The notes under the pieces are model-generated. The model was given only the letters and a program-made list of their open reading frames with translations, was not told the origin of the DNA and ran no database searches. A program made the position numbers and the translations under genes. 64,000 nt of DNA from an uncultured Actinomycetes bacterium. Lineage in GTDB: Bacteria; Actinomycetota; Acidimicrobiia; Spongiisociales; DATADW01. The stretch spans positions 1 through 64,000 of the forward strand of contig CAWGRK010000004.1 in the NCBI GenBank assembly GCA_963824995.1. Reading direction: 5' to 3'. Position 1 is the stretch's first letter; each line of letters starts with the position of its first letter. Positions 1-12,321 of the stretch are shown here, one piece after another.

Positions 1-3000
1 GCCGCAGTGAGTCCACGAGATGGGCTCGGGTACGCCGCCGCCTCCGACCAGCTGTCGCCGGCCGGGTCGTAGACGAACACGTCAGTGCTGCCACAGGCGT
101 CCTGACACCTCCGATGATGTAGAGCTGACCGTCGAGCGCCACGGCGGTGCCCGCCGCATATGCGGTCGGCACATCGGCGCCCGTCGACCATGTCTCCGTT
201 GCCGGGTCGTATATCTCCAGCGTGGGGACGGTGGCACCACCGGCGTCCCAGCCGCCGACCACGTAGAGCAAGCCGTCGACGAATGCCGCCGCCGGCTTCT
301 CCCTGCTCGAAGCCCATCGATGCGATGGGGCTCCAAGAATCGGAGTTGGGGGTCGTACACGTTGGCGCTGCTCGTCGCCACTTCCACTGTCGAACCCACC
401 CACCGAGTACACCAGGCCGTCGAAGGCATCGGCCGTGCTGTCCATGATGGCGGTCGGGTAGTCGGCAATGTCGGTCCAGGGGTGGTTCCTGGACAGACCG
501 CTCCGGCGCAGCCACCGGAGCACGCGCCGCCTTGGGGTTGGCTGCTGCCGACAGAGGCGAGAAGGTGCCAGACACCCGGCTGACGGGTGCGCCCCGCTGG
601 CCGAGGATCTCACGACCCCGGTCGCTTGCTGATCTCGAACTCGTAGACCGCTGCTCCAGAGTTGGTAACGGTCAGCCCCAGGTCGGTGGAGGAGCCGAGT
701 GGCACCTCCGCCTCGAGCGAGTCGGGGTGACGTCGGCGCAGGTGCGTCGAGCCGCAGGGTGAAGTCCAGCGTCGTGGTCTCACCCGCGGTCACCGTCACC
801 TCACCGGTTTGGGTGACATAGCCGTCGATGGTGACCGTGACCGGGTAGGTGCCCTCCTCGAGCCACCACTCGTACACGCCGTCACCATCGGTCTCCACCA
901 CGAAGTCACCGATCTGGACCGTTGCGCCCGCCAAGGGCGACCCCGGCTCGTCACAGCGCAACAACCCGAACACGGTGCCGGTCACCTTGCCCCAGTTGTC
1001 CGGTGGGGTGACATTCATCGTCACCGGAACCGGCGGGACGGTCTGGGGGTGTCCTCGCTGATCCGGAGCTCGGCGCTGGTAGGCACCCGGTTGGTCGACC
1101 TCGGGTACCGAGGCGTCCAGTGTGACCGTCACGTCGACGCTCTCTTCGGGCTCCAGAGTGCCCTCGACACCGGGTCCTCAGACAGCCACGGGACGTCGAC
1201 GCCGCCACCGCAGGCCTCACCGGTCTCGCGGTACAAGTTGTCGTCATGCCAGGTGAAGTTCGGAACCCGCCCACGCTCCAGATCTCACCGCCGGAGATGG
1301 CGTTGGTGCAGAACCCTGCCTGGTTGGCGCTGCGCGCCTCTGGCAGCGGGTCAGCCAGATCCTCCCAGGCGCCACCCGGCCAGCTGGCGAGCTCGAGCCG
1401 GTCGACCTGGGTGGTGGCCTCGAAGAACGCACTGCCGTTGGCGTCGCCGGCGATGGCGTAGAGGGCTCGGATGTCGCAGCCAGTGCGCCATCCGCTCTGG
1501 CCGCCGTGAACTCCGGTCCGGTCTCCCAGGTGTCGCTCGACATGTCGTAGCGCTGGGTGGCGTTCACATTGCTGCCGGGTGCCGAGCTCCCCAGCCGCCC
1601 ACGACGTAGAGGAACTCTCCTGCTTGTGCCGTACCGGCACCGGAGGTCGCCACCGGCATCGGCGCCCCGTCGCTCCACGCGTCGGAAGCGATGTCGTAGA
1701 CGAAGACGTCATCGAAGACGCCGCTCTCCGGGAAGAAGTCGTCGTCGCCGCCGGCGTAGAACACCTTTCCGTCGAAGGCGCCGGCCGAGGCCATCGCAGC
1801 CCCTTGCGGCACCGGCGCCGCCGCCGCCCAGGAATCGGTGGCGATGTCGTATACGAAGTGCTGGTTGCTTCCGCCACCGCCGATCACGTAGATCCGACCG
1901 TCGAAGCAGGCCGCGCTGGGGCCTTCCTGGCCAGTCGGGATCGGCGCCAACTCCGTCCACGTGTCCGTGGTGGCGTCGTAGCGCCAAGTATCGGGAATGA
2001 TCAGTCCATCGGCCACGCCAGAGATGACGTAGGAGATGTCCTGGTTATCCGGGCACTGGGCGAAGGCGTACCGAACCAGTCCGACGGGCAACGGCGAAGC
2101 GCTCTGCCAATCCGGTGAGTTCGGCACGGCAGAAGCCTGCGCCGCGGCGGAGGCCTTAGCCGACCGCGCCGAAGCCGGGCCTGGCTTGACCCGGGACGTG
2201 AAATCGGCCTCTTCCGGCGACAACAGGTCGGGCAACGCGCCCTGAGCCAGGATGTCGCGGCCCCGGTCCCGCTCGGTGATCTCGAACTCGGTCGCTGCGG
2301 TCCCATCGTTGGTGATGGTCATGTTCAGGTCCGCGGTGCTCCCCATCGGGACCTCGGCCTCCAGCGCGTCGGGATCGACCACGAGGTTCCCCGATCCCAG
2401 CTGGAAGTCCTGCTCGACCACCGCGTCGGCCACCACGTCCACGGTCTCGGTCGACGGGCCGTACTGCGCCTTGTCGGCGGTGATGTCGGTCGGACCGGTC
2501 AACGGGGAGAACAGGATGTAGAAGCCGTCGTCCACCGCCGGGTCGTCCGGGGTGGCCTGTGTCGTTGCCGTGTTCTCGGGAGACTCGTCCACCGTCACCG
2601 TTGCGCCGTTGAGAGGCTCACCGGTGATCAGGTCGTAGACGTTGCCCACTACGAGGCCGCCCTCGACCGGGGCGCACTCGGCGTCGCCGACCATCACGTT
2701 GTCGACCTGCCACCACCAGGCGAAGAACGAGTTGTAGTGGTGGAAGCGAACCTGGACGTCTGCCTCGCCGGCGGCTGCCGGGATGTTGACCACCACCAGA
2801 GCCGGCCCGCGCAGGTCGGCGGTCTGGCGCCAGACGTTGGTCCATGTGGCACCGCCGTCGACGCTGAGATCGACATCGACGGTGTCGGACAGGCTCAGGT
2901 AATCGGTGTTGAAGGTGATCACCGGATCATCGGCACCGGAGAGGTCGATGCTCGGGGAGATCAACTCCGTGTCCTGCTGGCCCGAGGGCCCCCAGAAGTC

Positions 3001-5164
3001 GCTGTCCGAGATGGCGAAGCCGCCTTCGCCACCGGTCAGGTTGCCCCGACCTGCGGGGTCGTCGAACCGCCACACCTGGTCGTTTCCGACGTTGTCCACG
3101 ACGGTCCAGCCTTCGGGCACGGTCGGTTCGTCAAAGGTCTCGGTTTCTCCGGTGAATCCGAGGAACTCGTAACCGGGAGCGACGCACGCCGCGGCATCGA
3201 CCTCGAGGGCGAAGTCCTGGGTGGCGGAGTCGGGCGGAACGGTCACCTCACGGCTCTCGATCGCGTAACCAGGGCTGACAGCGGAGACGTTGAACGTGTA
3301 AGTCGTCGACTCCACCAGCTCGACGCTGTACTGGCCGGTCAGCGGGTCGGTGAAGACCGGGCCGCCGGGGTAGCCGTCGATGTCGATCCGGGCGTAGAGA
3401 GACCACCCGTGACCCGACCCATCGGTGACGGTGCCGGTGACGACAGTGCTCGGCAACGGATCCAGGGCGAAGTCCAATGTCGTTGTGGCACCTGCGGTGA
3501 TCTCGGCGGTGGCGGTCTCCACCGCATACCCATAGGCGTTGACCGACACCTCGTATGTGCCGGCGATGAGGAGGACGGTGTAGAAGCCGTTGTCGTCGGT
3601 GGTGACCGTGCGATCGATCGGACCGGTCACCGTCACGACGGCGCCGGCGATCGGGTCGCCTGTGGTGGCGTCGGTGACCGTCCCCTCGAGCGTTCCGGTG
3701 TCGCCGCGCGGTGATTGCTCGACGGCGAGCAGGGCGTCGAGGATTCCCTCACCGAATACGTTGTTGTCGTCAGCAGTACCGCCGCACTGCAGGTTCTCGA
3801 CGTCCTCAGCCGTCTGGTCGAGCAACGCCTTGGTGCCGTCGATGTCGCCGATCAGCGTCAGGGCGGCGGACCACATCAGGGCGACGCTGCCCGCCACGTG
3901 TGGCGACGCCATCGAGGTTCCGCTAATGGCGCCATATGTGTCGTTGGGGAAGCTGCTGCGGACGTTCACGCCCGGGGCGGCGATGTTGGGCTTGATCTCG
4001 CCCTCGAAGGCCGAAGGCCCGCGGCTGGAGAAGCCTGCGATGTTGTCGTTGATGTCGGAGGCGCCGGCGGCGTAGCTCTCGAGATAGTCACCGGGGGAGC
4101 CCGACGGTCCCGCACGAGGGTCCGGCGTTGCCGTTGGAGAATTGGGGGAAGATGCCCGAGGCGATCCAGGCAGTGACCATGTCGAGGTACCAGGGATCGC
4201 CGGGTCCGCCACCCCAGGAGTTGTTGACGACGTGGGGACGGAGGTCGGGACGGGGGTTCTCGCCGTTGAGATCGGTCGGGGCGAGGATGAACTGCGCCGA
4301 CGAGAGGAGGGCGGTGTCGGAGCAGTTGTTGGACTCGCAGCCCTTGGCGGCCATCCAGCGCGCCCCAGGGGCGACGCCGATCTGATTCTCGCCGCCGTCG
4401 TCACCCACCATGGTGCCCATGGTGTGGCTGCCGTGACCGTCGTTGTCACATGGCTCCAGCGAGGGGCTTCCACAGACCTCGGAGGGATCGTGCCAGTTGT
4501 AGTTGTGATCGAAGGTCCCGTCGCCGTTGTTGCCGCGGTACTGGTTGACCAACGCCTCGTGGTCGAAGTCCACTCCGGTGTCGATGTTGGCGACGACGAT
4601 GCCCTCGCCCCTCACCCCGAAGTCGGTCCAGACATCGTTGGCGTTGATGCGGTCGATTCCCCATTCGATGGCGTCGATGGTGTCTTCGGCGGTTCCCTCG
4701 ATCGGTTCGGGGATCTCGAACTTGAAGGGTGGGACGATGGCTTCGACCGCCGGGTCCTCGGCCAAGGTCTCGACGACGGCGGCGTCGCCGGTGACCCGGA
4801 TGGCGTTGCTCACCCAATAGGTCGTGTACTCCACGCCGAGGTCATCGAGTTTGGCCCGGATGCCGGCCTGGCTGTCGCGGGCATGCTCGACCAGGGTGTC
4901 GTAGACGAAACGACCTCGCTCCGCCCAGTCTTGAATGCTGGCGGCGCCGCTCAGATCCGCCTCGGCGCTGAGGCGAACCCAGAACGTCGTCTCGCCTACG
5001 GCATCGAGTCGCTCTCGTACTACGGCATCGACCTTGTCCGCCGGTTCTGCCGGCGACGTGGGGGCGTTTTGTGCTCCCGCCGGGGCGATCAAAGCCACCA
5101 GGAGAACGAGAGTGTTAATGACGACAAACCAGGCGCGGCGAACACCACGCGACACTCCGACCAT
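1..5164 (-). CDS. Giant secreted S8 subtilase with carboxypeptidase-regulatory-like repeats, beta-sandwich domain and two Kelch propellers; several frameshifts; runs off the window's left end
   Basis: Signal peptide; IDTG (Asp), HGSHTMGT (His), NNSWGG, GTSMASPHVAG (Ser) split over ORFs 4088-5164 and 1564-4473 by an indel near 4105. GTVTDATTGDPIAGA-type repeats; Kelch repeats (YVIGGG, YDIATDSW) at ~1250-2110 and again at ~1-480 (LYVVGGW..LEIYDPATETW). Confidence 0.85.
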
Positions 5165-5327
5165 TGCCCTTCCCTCCTTCGCTGACGCGGAGCACCAATC
5201 GGGCAGTGGGGTTGGAAGCCCCCTCTCGACCCTTTGTCGAGGTCGGCTGGCAACCTAATAGAAGCCGTTCCCGACGCGTCGCCCAGAGCGCGAAATTTCT
5301 TCCATGAATCCGAATAGCGTGTCGCCG

Positions 5328-5871
5328 ATGGAACCCTTCGACCTCGCCGACCCGAAGATCGACCCAAGTGCCTTTGTCGCCCCTACCGCCACGATCCTCG
5401 GCGACGTCACCATCGGCCCCCGCGCCGTGGTCCTATTCGGGGCAGTGCTGCGGGCCGAGCCCGATCAGATCGTGGTCGGCGAGGAGACCAACCTCCAGGA
5501 CCAGGTGGTGGTCCACTGCGACGAAGGGATCCCGTGCCACATCGGGCACCGTGTGACCGTTGGCCACGGGGCCGTCGTCCACGGCGCTCTGGTGGGTGAC
5601 CATTGCCTGGTGGGCATCGGCGCCCGACTCCTAAACAACTCGACCCTCGGTGAAGGCGCCTGGTTGGCGGCCGGATCGGTGCTCACCGAGGGATCGTCCA
5701 TCCCGCCTTGGACGCCTGGCGGTGGGAACCCCGGCCCGCCCACTGCGCGAGCTACGACCCGACGAGATCGAACGGCAACGCCATGGCATCGAGTGGTACG
5801 TGGCCCTCGGCGTCACCTACAAAAGGGTCTACGAAGGCGGGGCTGCCATAGGCCAGCGTCCAGACGGCTGA
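5328..5871 (+). CDS. Gamma carbonic anhydrase family (hexapeptide repeat) protein, frameshift near 5715
   Basis: PKIDPSAFVAPTATILGDVTIG, NLQDQVVVH, VTVGHGAVVHG; the C-terminus LAVGTPARPLREL is in the frame of ORF 5650-5871. Confidence 0.85.
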
Positions 5872-5929
5872 CGGCTGACCCGGCGGCGGACGGACCAATT
5901 TTGGGTGTTAGCCGTCCAAGGGCATCGGC

Positions 5930-6163
5930 TTAGCCGGCGGTCTCCTTGGGGTCCTTGCCGTAGCTGTGCTCGTACTGGATCTGGCCGTTGCGGCCGTGGA
6001 CGATGATCTGTCCCAGAGCACCCTTCTTGGCGAGCGCCTTCGCTGCACCCACCGCCTCCGCCTTGGTTGTGTGGGTGCTACTTGGCCGGCTGTTGCCCAC
6101 CGCCTTGACCGTCCAGCCACCCTTCTCCGAGGTGGCTACGTGATACACCTTCCGCGCCGCCAT
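5930..6163 (-). CDS. DUF2188-like small protein
   Basis: YHV..GGWTVK..TKAEAV..QIIVHGRNGQIQ..HSYGKDP pattern. Confidence 0.8.
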   Translation of the reverse strand: MAARKVYHVATSEKGGWTVKAVGNSRPSSTHTTKAEAVGAAKALAKKGALGQIIVHGRNGQIQYEHSYGKDPKETAG

Positions 6164-6293
6164 GAACTCTGCCCCTGGTCGCCGATACTGCCGGCGAATC
6201 TATCACTGGCGTTTCGATCGTGCTGACCTGCGCCAGGCGATCGATCGACGGCGATCGCTCCGGGACTCGCCACTCGGACCAGATGGCTCGAGG

Positions 6294-7816
6294 TCAGCCG
6301 AACTCGATGCCCTGGGCGAGAGGCAGTTCACCGCCCCAGTTGATGGTCGTCGTCTGGCGGCGCATGTACGCCTTCCACGAGTCCGAGCCCGCCTCGCGGC
6401 CGCCGCCCGTGTCCTTCTCACCTCCGAAGGCGCCGCCGATCTCGGCGCCCGAGGTGCCGATGTTGACGTTGGCGATGCCGCAGTCCGAGCCCACATGGCG
6501 AGAGGAAGTGTCTCGGCGTGCCTCATCGACTCGGTGAAAATCGCCGAGGAGAGGCCCTGGGGCACGCCGTTCTGCACGGCGATCGCCTCCTCCAGGTCGC
6601 TGACGTCGATGACGTAGAGGATTGGTGCGAACGTCTCCTCCTGGACGATGGGGGCATCGGCACCGATGCGGACGATCGTCGGCTCGACGAAGAAGCCCTG
6701 GTCGGTCCACACGGCTGCCACCGGTGACGATCTCGCCTCCCTGAGCACGGGCGGAATCGAGCGCCGCCATCATGTCGTCCACCGCCGACTGGTTGATCAG
6801 CGGACCCATGAGCGATACCCGGCCTCGAGGGGGTCGCCGATCGGCACCTGCTCGTACGCCTTGACCAGACGCGATACCAGCTCGTCGGAGATGCCGTCGT
6901 GGACGATCAGCCGCCGCAGCGTCGTGCACCGCTGACCCGCGGTGCCACCGCTGCGAAGAGGACGGCCCGCTCGGCGAGGTCGAGGTCGGCGTCGTCCATC
7001 ACGATGACGGCGTTGTTGCCGCCCAACTCGAGGATGGAACGGCCGAAACGCTGCGCCACGGCGACGGCGACCCGCTCCCCCATCACGTTCGACCCGGTGG
7101 CGGAGACGAGCGGTATGCGGCGGTCGTTGATCAGCGCCTCTCCGACCTCCGAACCGCTGCCGACCACGAGGTTGAACACGCCCTCGAATCCGCTCCCCTC
7201 CATGACACGTGCGGCAGATCTCGGTTACCGCAACCGCCGAGAGGGGGACCTCGCTCGACGGCTTCCAGATGCATGTGTCGCCGCACACCGCGGCGAGCAA
7301 GGCGTTCCACGACCAGACCGCCACCGGGAAGTTGAAGGCGCTGATGATCCCGACTGGGCCGAGAGGGTGCCACTGCTCGTACATCCGGTGCCGCGGTCGC
7401 TCCGAGGCCATGGTCAGCCCATAGAGCTGACGCGACAGGCCGACGGCGAAGTCGGCGATGTCGATCATCTCCTGGACCTCGCCCTCGCCCTCGGCGCGGA
7501 TCTTCCCCATCTCCCACGAGACGAGGGCACCCAGCGCTTCCTTGTTCTCTCTGAGCTCATCTGCGATGCGCCGCACGTACTCGCCACGACGCGGAGCGGG
7601 TAGTTCCCGCCACCGCAAGAAAGTCTCCGCGGAGTTGGCGACGACGGTCTCGTAGTCCTCGGCCGAACTCTTGACGACCTGACCCATGGGCTCACCGGTG
7701 GTCGGGTCGAGGACCGTGAGATCGCTCCCACCGGTTTCCAGCCATCGGCCGGCGAAGGCGCCGGACGATCGGGGTTCGATACCCAGTTGCTCGAAGATCT
7801 CGTGCTTGGCGATCAT
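6294..7816 (-). CDS. Aldehyde dehydrogenase, ALDH7/antiquitin-like (piperideine-6-carboxylate dehydrogenase type); multiple frameshifts
   Basis: [87 protein letters not shown] distributed over several frames. Confidence 0.9.
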
Positions 7817-7941
7817 GCCGGAACGGTACCGGAATCGACCACGACGGGAACTCGAGGTCTTTGCGAGGGTATGGGCTCTGCAGCCGCCATCAACAGCCAT
7901 AACAGCACCACGGCCGTCGTAAGCCGGCGGGCAGCGTCGAT

Positions 7942-9780
7942 TCAGGTCGGGGTGAACTCCAGCAATGAAATCGAAGGCATCCGGAGCTGGAGCTCAAACA
8001 CGATGCCTCCTCCGTCAGTCTCTATCGCCCGGGGCGGTTCCAAATCCTCCAGCCGGTCGGCACCGCGCAGATCGGCCCACTGCCCTTCATCGGGCCATGG
8101 ACTGCCGCCCGACATCTCCTTCCACCTCGCCGGGAGGTTGGAATGGTGCTGGTCGACACCACGATGCCGGACCTCGTACCGACCGTCCGCCAACCCATCA
8201 ATTGCGAGTTCGACATTGCGGTCGAGCCGCGGATCCCCGTCGGCGTTGCGGTGGTCGAGGGAACCGTTCCACATCACAACTGACAGACGTCGCCGGCTGT
8301 CCATGGTGGCTATGGCATCGACCATTCCCCCGGCACCGTCGCCAACGACCGTGGTGGCCAGCTCCCGATCTCCGAGCTGCTCGAGCATCCACAGCGCCCA
8401 GTAGCGAGGCTTCCTGAGATTCCCCACCGATAAGAGACCGAACCCGCCGTGGAACAGCGAGGTAGGACGGCCCAGTTCCTCGAAGTGGTCGGACACCACC
8501 CAATAGGCGAGGGAGTGGAGCCGTCCCATGGCGCTACGCATCCCCCTGGCACAGAAGGCGGCGGCGTACACCGAGTCGTGGAGCGGGTCGAAGTGACTTG
8601 CATGGACGCCCCACTCGGTCCACCACAACTCCAGTTCGTTCCTTCCGTAGCGGGCGGCGATGGGCCGCAAGTCGAGCGGCTCGTTGCCGTAGGTGTGGGT
8701 TGACAAGAAGTCGATCGGGGCACCGGTCTCGGCGGCGTGAGCCAGTAGGTCGTCGACCCATCCGGCGGCAGCCGACGCAGGGCCGCCCACCAACAGCCCG
8801 GAGTCCACCGCCTTCACCGCTCTGGCGGTGACCTCGTAGAGATGCAGGTACTCCTCGCGGGTTCCGCTCCAAAAGACCTCGAGGTTGGGCTCGTTCCAAA
8901 CCTCGAAACCCCAGCCGCGCACCTCCTCTCTCCCATACCGGTCCACCAGGTGTTTTGTCAGCTCGCTCACGAGATCGCTCCATGCCTGCCAGTTGCGGGG
9001 CGGCGACACGATTGCGTGGTATGCGAAGACGGTCTTGGAGGGATCCAGAGCCAGGTCGCGGGGCATGAATGACAGCTCGACCACTGGGTGAAGACCCAGC
9101 TCGAGGACCCGGTCATAGATTCGGTCGATCGCCGAGAAGTCGTAAGTCGGCACCCCGTGTACCTCTCGGTACACGCCGAGATCGTCGTGGAGGATGGCGT
9201 GAGCCCGGACAGCCCGCACCCCCAGCTCGGCGTGAGCGAGCCGCAACGCTTCACCGAACTCATCGCCGATGTGCTGCCCGCCCGGGCCGGTGCCCTCTTC
9301 GAGCTGGGACAGGCGTTCGGAGCCGATCACGGGACGCCACGGTCGGTGCAGCGTGGACACAACCGAGAGAGCATCGACCTCCACCCGAACCGTGGCGTCA
9401 CCATCGAGCCGAGCCGCCGCCGCCACCGGGGCGCCGTGCTCGAGGGGCGAGGCGTCGACCGAAGCCGCCGATGCCACCGCGTAATAGACCTCCTCGCCGG
9501 GAACGACCGAGGTATCGGTGAATGGGGGACGGGGGACCGGGATCACATCGGACCATCCGGTGTCGACCGGTTCGAACGGGCCGCCCGGGTCGGAACTTCG
9601 CAGCACGAAATAGCCGGCCGCCCCGTCGACCGGATCCCATTGCAGCGTCACCTGGGCCCTTCCCGCGAAAGCTCGAAGATTGCCCGGTGGGTCGAGCTGG
9701 GGCAGCACCACCGGTGTGACGTCGTCGCTGGGGCGACCAATGCGGGCCGCCCAGTCGGCACGGGCCTCGGCTCCGCTCAT
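7942..9780 (-). CDS. GH39 glycoside hydrolase with N-terminal Fn3-like domain (true start may lie near 9839)
   Basis: VRAHAILHDDLGVY, VELSFMP, WNEPN (acid/base), WTEWG (nucleophile), SDHFEE, FHGGFGL; PPGNLRA..VTLQWDPVDGAAGY Fn3 motif; no signal peptide seen. Confidence 0.85.
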   Translation of the reverse strand: MSGAEARADWAARIGRPSDDVTPVVLPQLDPPGNLRAFAGRAQVTLQWDPVDGAAGYFVLRSSDPGGPFEPVDTGWSDVIPVPRPPFTDTSVVPGEEVYYAVASAASVDASPLEHGAPVAAAARLDGDATVRVEVDALSVVSTLHRPWRPVIGSERLSQLEEGTGPGGQHIGDEFGEALRLAHAELGVRAVRAHAILHDDLGVYREVHGVPTYDFSAIDRIYDRVLELGLHPVVELSFMPRDLALDPSKTVFAYHAIVSPPRNWQAWSDLVSELTKHLVDRYGREEVRGWGFEVWNEPNLEVFWSGTREEYLHLYEVTARAVKAVDSGLLVGGPASAAAGWVDDLLAHAAETGAPIDFLSTHTYGNEPLDLRPIAARYGRNELELWWTEWGVHASHFDPLHDSVYAAAFCARGMRSAMGRLHSLAYWVVSDHFEELGRPTSLFHGGFGLLSVGNLRKPRYWALWMLEQLGDRELATTVVGDGAGGMVDAIATMDSRRRLSVVMWNGSLDHRNADGDPRLDRNVELAIDGLADGRYEVRHRGVDQHHSNLPARWKEMSGGSPWPDEGQWADLRGADRLEDLEPPRAIETDGGGIVFELQLRMPSISLLEFTPT

Positions 9781-9835
9781 GGGCGCCAGACCGGGCTGAT
9801 AATGACGGACCAGGGGCCGGGCGGGGACCTCAGAG

Positions 9836-11381
9836 TCACTGATCCAGACGACCGGCGGTGAAGGTCTCCAACCGGAGCAGCGGTCGCAGCGCCTCCCGGA
9901 CCTCCCCCCGGACGAAGTACTCCTGCAAGACATCGCCGCTGAGCTCGTTGGCAATAGCGGCCATGATCATGCCCTGGTCGAGCGACAGGTAACGCTGCGA
10001 GGCCACGCCGGTGGTCACGTCGATGGCGTCGTAGAAGCCACCAGGTCCATACACCCCGTCGCCGAACTCCTGGCGCAACGCGGCCAGGTTGTCCATGGCT
10101 GCCGCTCGAGCGAAGTCGAGCGCCAGGAACGAGGCGTGGGGGGTGACCACCCCTCTGCCGTAGTCGGTGGGCTCGGGCTGAGGCTCACGACAGCCCGGGA
10201 AGCCGTAATCGACGGTGGTGCGCTCCTGGTCGGAGCTGTAGCCATCGGGATTGAGCCCGATCGGGTCCACCCCGTACTCCCGATACCCGCCGTCGGGGTT
10301 GTTCGAAGGCGAGAAACCCCAATACCCGTACCCGGCCTCCTCCAGACCGTGCACGATCTGGGCCTCGACGTAGAGCGGGTGGTTCACCCCCCAGCTGCGG
10401 CGACCCCACTGCTCCTCGGGAACCAGGAGCGGAACCATGAGCGCCTCGAACATGCTGCCGCCCCAAGTGGGCACCAGTTGCAGCCCGCGGTAGGTGTAGG
10501 CACCCTCGAAGACCTCGATGCCGAGATATGTTCGGAACTCGCCGACCGGTTGCTGCTCCTGCCAACCCCAGTCGCAGGTGGCGGGGAAGGTGCGCCACGG
10601 CGGCGAAGTAGTGCTCGGGCGGGATCTGGCCGAAGGCGATGCCCAGATAGCTGGCGATGCGGGGCTCGGTGTTGAACGAGCCGTAGTGGTGGCAGGTGTA
10701 GTAAACGTCGGGGGTGTCACCCCGGTAGTTGTCCGCCACATAACACCCGGGCGGCGGGTCCGCCCAGAACCCGCCCCGAAGCAGACCGGCTCCGAAATCG
10801 GGTCCACGCGCCTCGGGGTCGTAGTAGTAGCCAAAGTCCATCGGCTCCAGCAGTGCCGATGCCTCATCGGCCACGGACGGCACCGAATTGCGCACCATCA
10901 CCAGCGCCGCCGCCAGCCAGCCGTTGTCGACGCTGGAGAGAAACGGGTAGACCGGGCTGCCATCGACCGGCCAGACGGTGAGCTTGTCACCGGTGAGCGG
11001 GTCGTACCAGTTGTAGAACTGACCGGATGGCTCGTGACGCTCCAGGGTGGAGAGCGTCTCCAGTGTGGCGGCCACGCGTTCCCGCGCCTCTCGTGCCGAG
11101 ATGATCCGCAGCTGCCGCGCCGCCAGCGTGCTCCATAGATAGGAGCCGATGTTGGTTGGCGACGTGAACCGGCTCCTGGACTCGGCAGACAGGTCACCTC
11201 CGATGTTGTCCGCAACCAGCCCTGTCTCCTCGAACACCATCGCCTCGAACGAGGCCCAGGTGTCGGTGGCGTACTCAGCCAGGGCATGACGGTCGCCCCC
11301 GGCGAGGCCGTCGTCGGCTACCGCCGCCGCCGGAGTGGCGACGACGAGAGCAATGATCGAAAGCAAAGCGACTCGCTTCAT
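9836..11381 (-). CDS. Secreted glucoamylase-like (PF10091/DUF3131-type) enzyme of the beta-1,2-glucanase/Cgs clan; frameshift near 10600
   Basis: Signal peptide MKRVALLSIIALVVATPAAAVA; TSPTNIG, GQFYNWYD, SSVDNGWL, TEPRIASY, WGGSMFEALM, WGFSPS, VVTPHASFLAL, GFYDA, LDQGMIM. Confidence 0.85.
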
Positions 11382-11392
11382 GTGACCCCCTC

Positions 11393-12277
11393 CTACTTGA
11401 TTCCGGTCGTGGCAATGCCCGCGGTGAAGTAGCGCTGCAGGATGACGAAGAGGATCAGAACCGGCAGTATCACCACCAGCGATCCGGCCATGAGCAGCCC
11501 GAAGTTGGTCTCCTGCTGACCGATGGCAAACAATGCGAGCGCCACCGGCAGCGTGTACAGGTCCTCGGTGGTGGCCACCACCAACGGCCACAGGAATCCG
11601 TTCCATGCGCCGAGGAAGGTGATGATCCCCAGGGTGGCCAGCGCCGGACCGCAGAGCGGCATCACCACCCTGGCGAAGATCCGGTACTCCCCAGCCCCGT
11701 CCACCCGTGCCGCCTGGAGCAGATCGTCGGGGATGCTGAGCATGAACTGGCGCATCAGGAACACACCGAGAGGGCCGGCGAGGAAGGGGAAGATGAGCCC
11801 GAGGTGGGTGTTGACCAGCCCCAGGTTGCTGATCAGGACGAACTGGGGGAGGAAGAGCACAACTCCTGGCACCAGGAGGGTGCCGAGCACCAGGAGGAAA
11901 AGCGCCCGCTTTCCCCAGAAGTCCAGCTTGGCCAGGGCGTAGCCGCACATCGACCCGATCACGATGTTGCCGAGGGTGATCCCCACGGCCACCACGGTCG
12001 AGTTGAAGAAGTACCGAGGAAAGTCGAGCCTGGTGAACAGCTCGCTGTAGTTCTCCGACGTGGGGTTCTCCGGGATCCAGGTGGGCGGCAGCTGCCGCAA
12101 CTCAGCGGTGGTCTTGAACGAGCCGAGCACCATCCACACGAAGGGCACCACCATCACCAACACCCCGGCGACAAGCAGGACGTGCAGCCAGATCCCCCGC
12201 GACCGCCCCGACGATGCCGATCGAGGCTCCTCGGTGGACGACTCGGTGTCCAGCCGGGGAGGGGCAACGTTGGTCAT
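11393..12277 (-). CDS. Carbohydrate ABC transporter permease (MalG-like)
   Basis: Hydrophobic helices; IPDDLLQAARVDGAG loop; LQRYFTAGIATTGIK end. Confidence 0.92.
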   Translation of the reverse strand: MTNVAPPRLDTESSTEEPRSASSGRSRGIWLHVLLVAGVLVMVVPFVWMVLGSFKTTAELRQLPPTWIPENPTSENYSELFTRLDFPRYFFNSTVVAVGITLGNIVIGSMCGYALAKLDFWGKRALFLLVLGTLLVPGVVLFLPQFVLISNLGLVNTHLGLIFPFLAGPLGVFLMRQFMLSIPDDLLQAARVDGAGEYRIFARVVMPLCGPALATLGIITFLGAWNGFLWPLVVATTEDLYTLPVALALFAIGQQETNFGLLMAGSLVVILPVLILFVILQRYFTAGIATTGIK

Positions 12278-12321
12278 CGGTGCGCCTTCGGCCGTGCCGA
12301 GGAGATTGTTTTGGTCATCGC

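Noticed and set aside
4088..4110. UGA readthrough or programmed frameshift in the S8 gene (likewise nrdJ, mrp, ALDH)
   Set aside because: Homology continues in another frame after a small indel, with no slippery site or SECIS evident; consistent with sequencing error.
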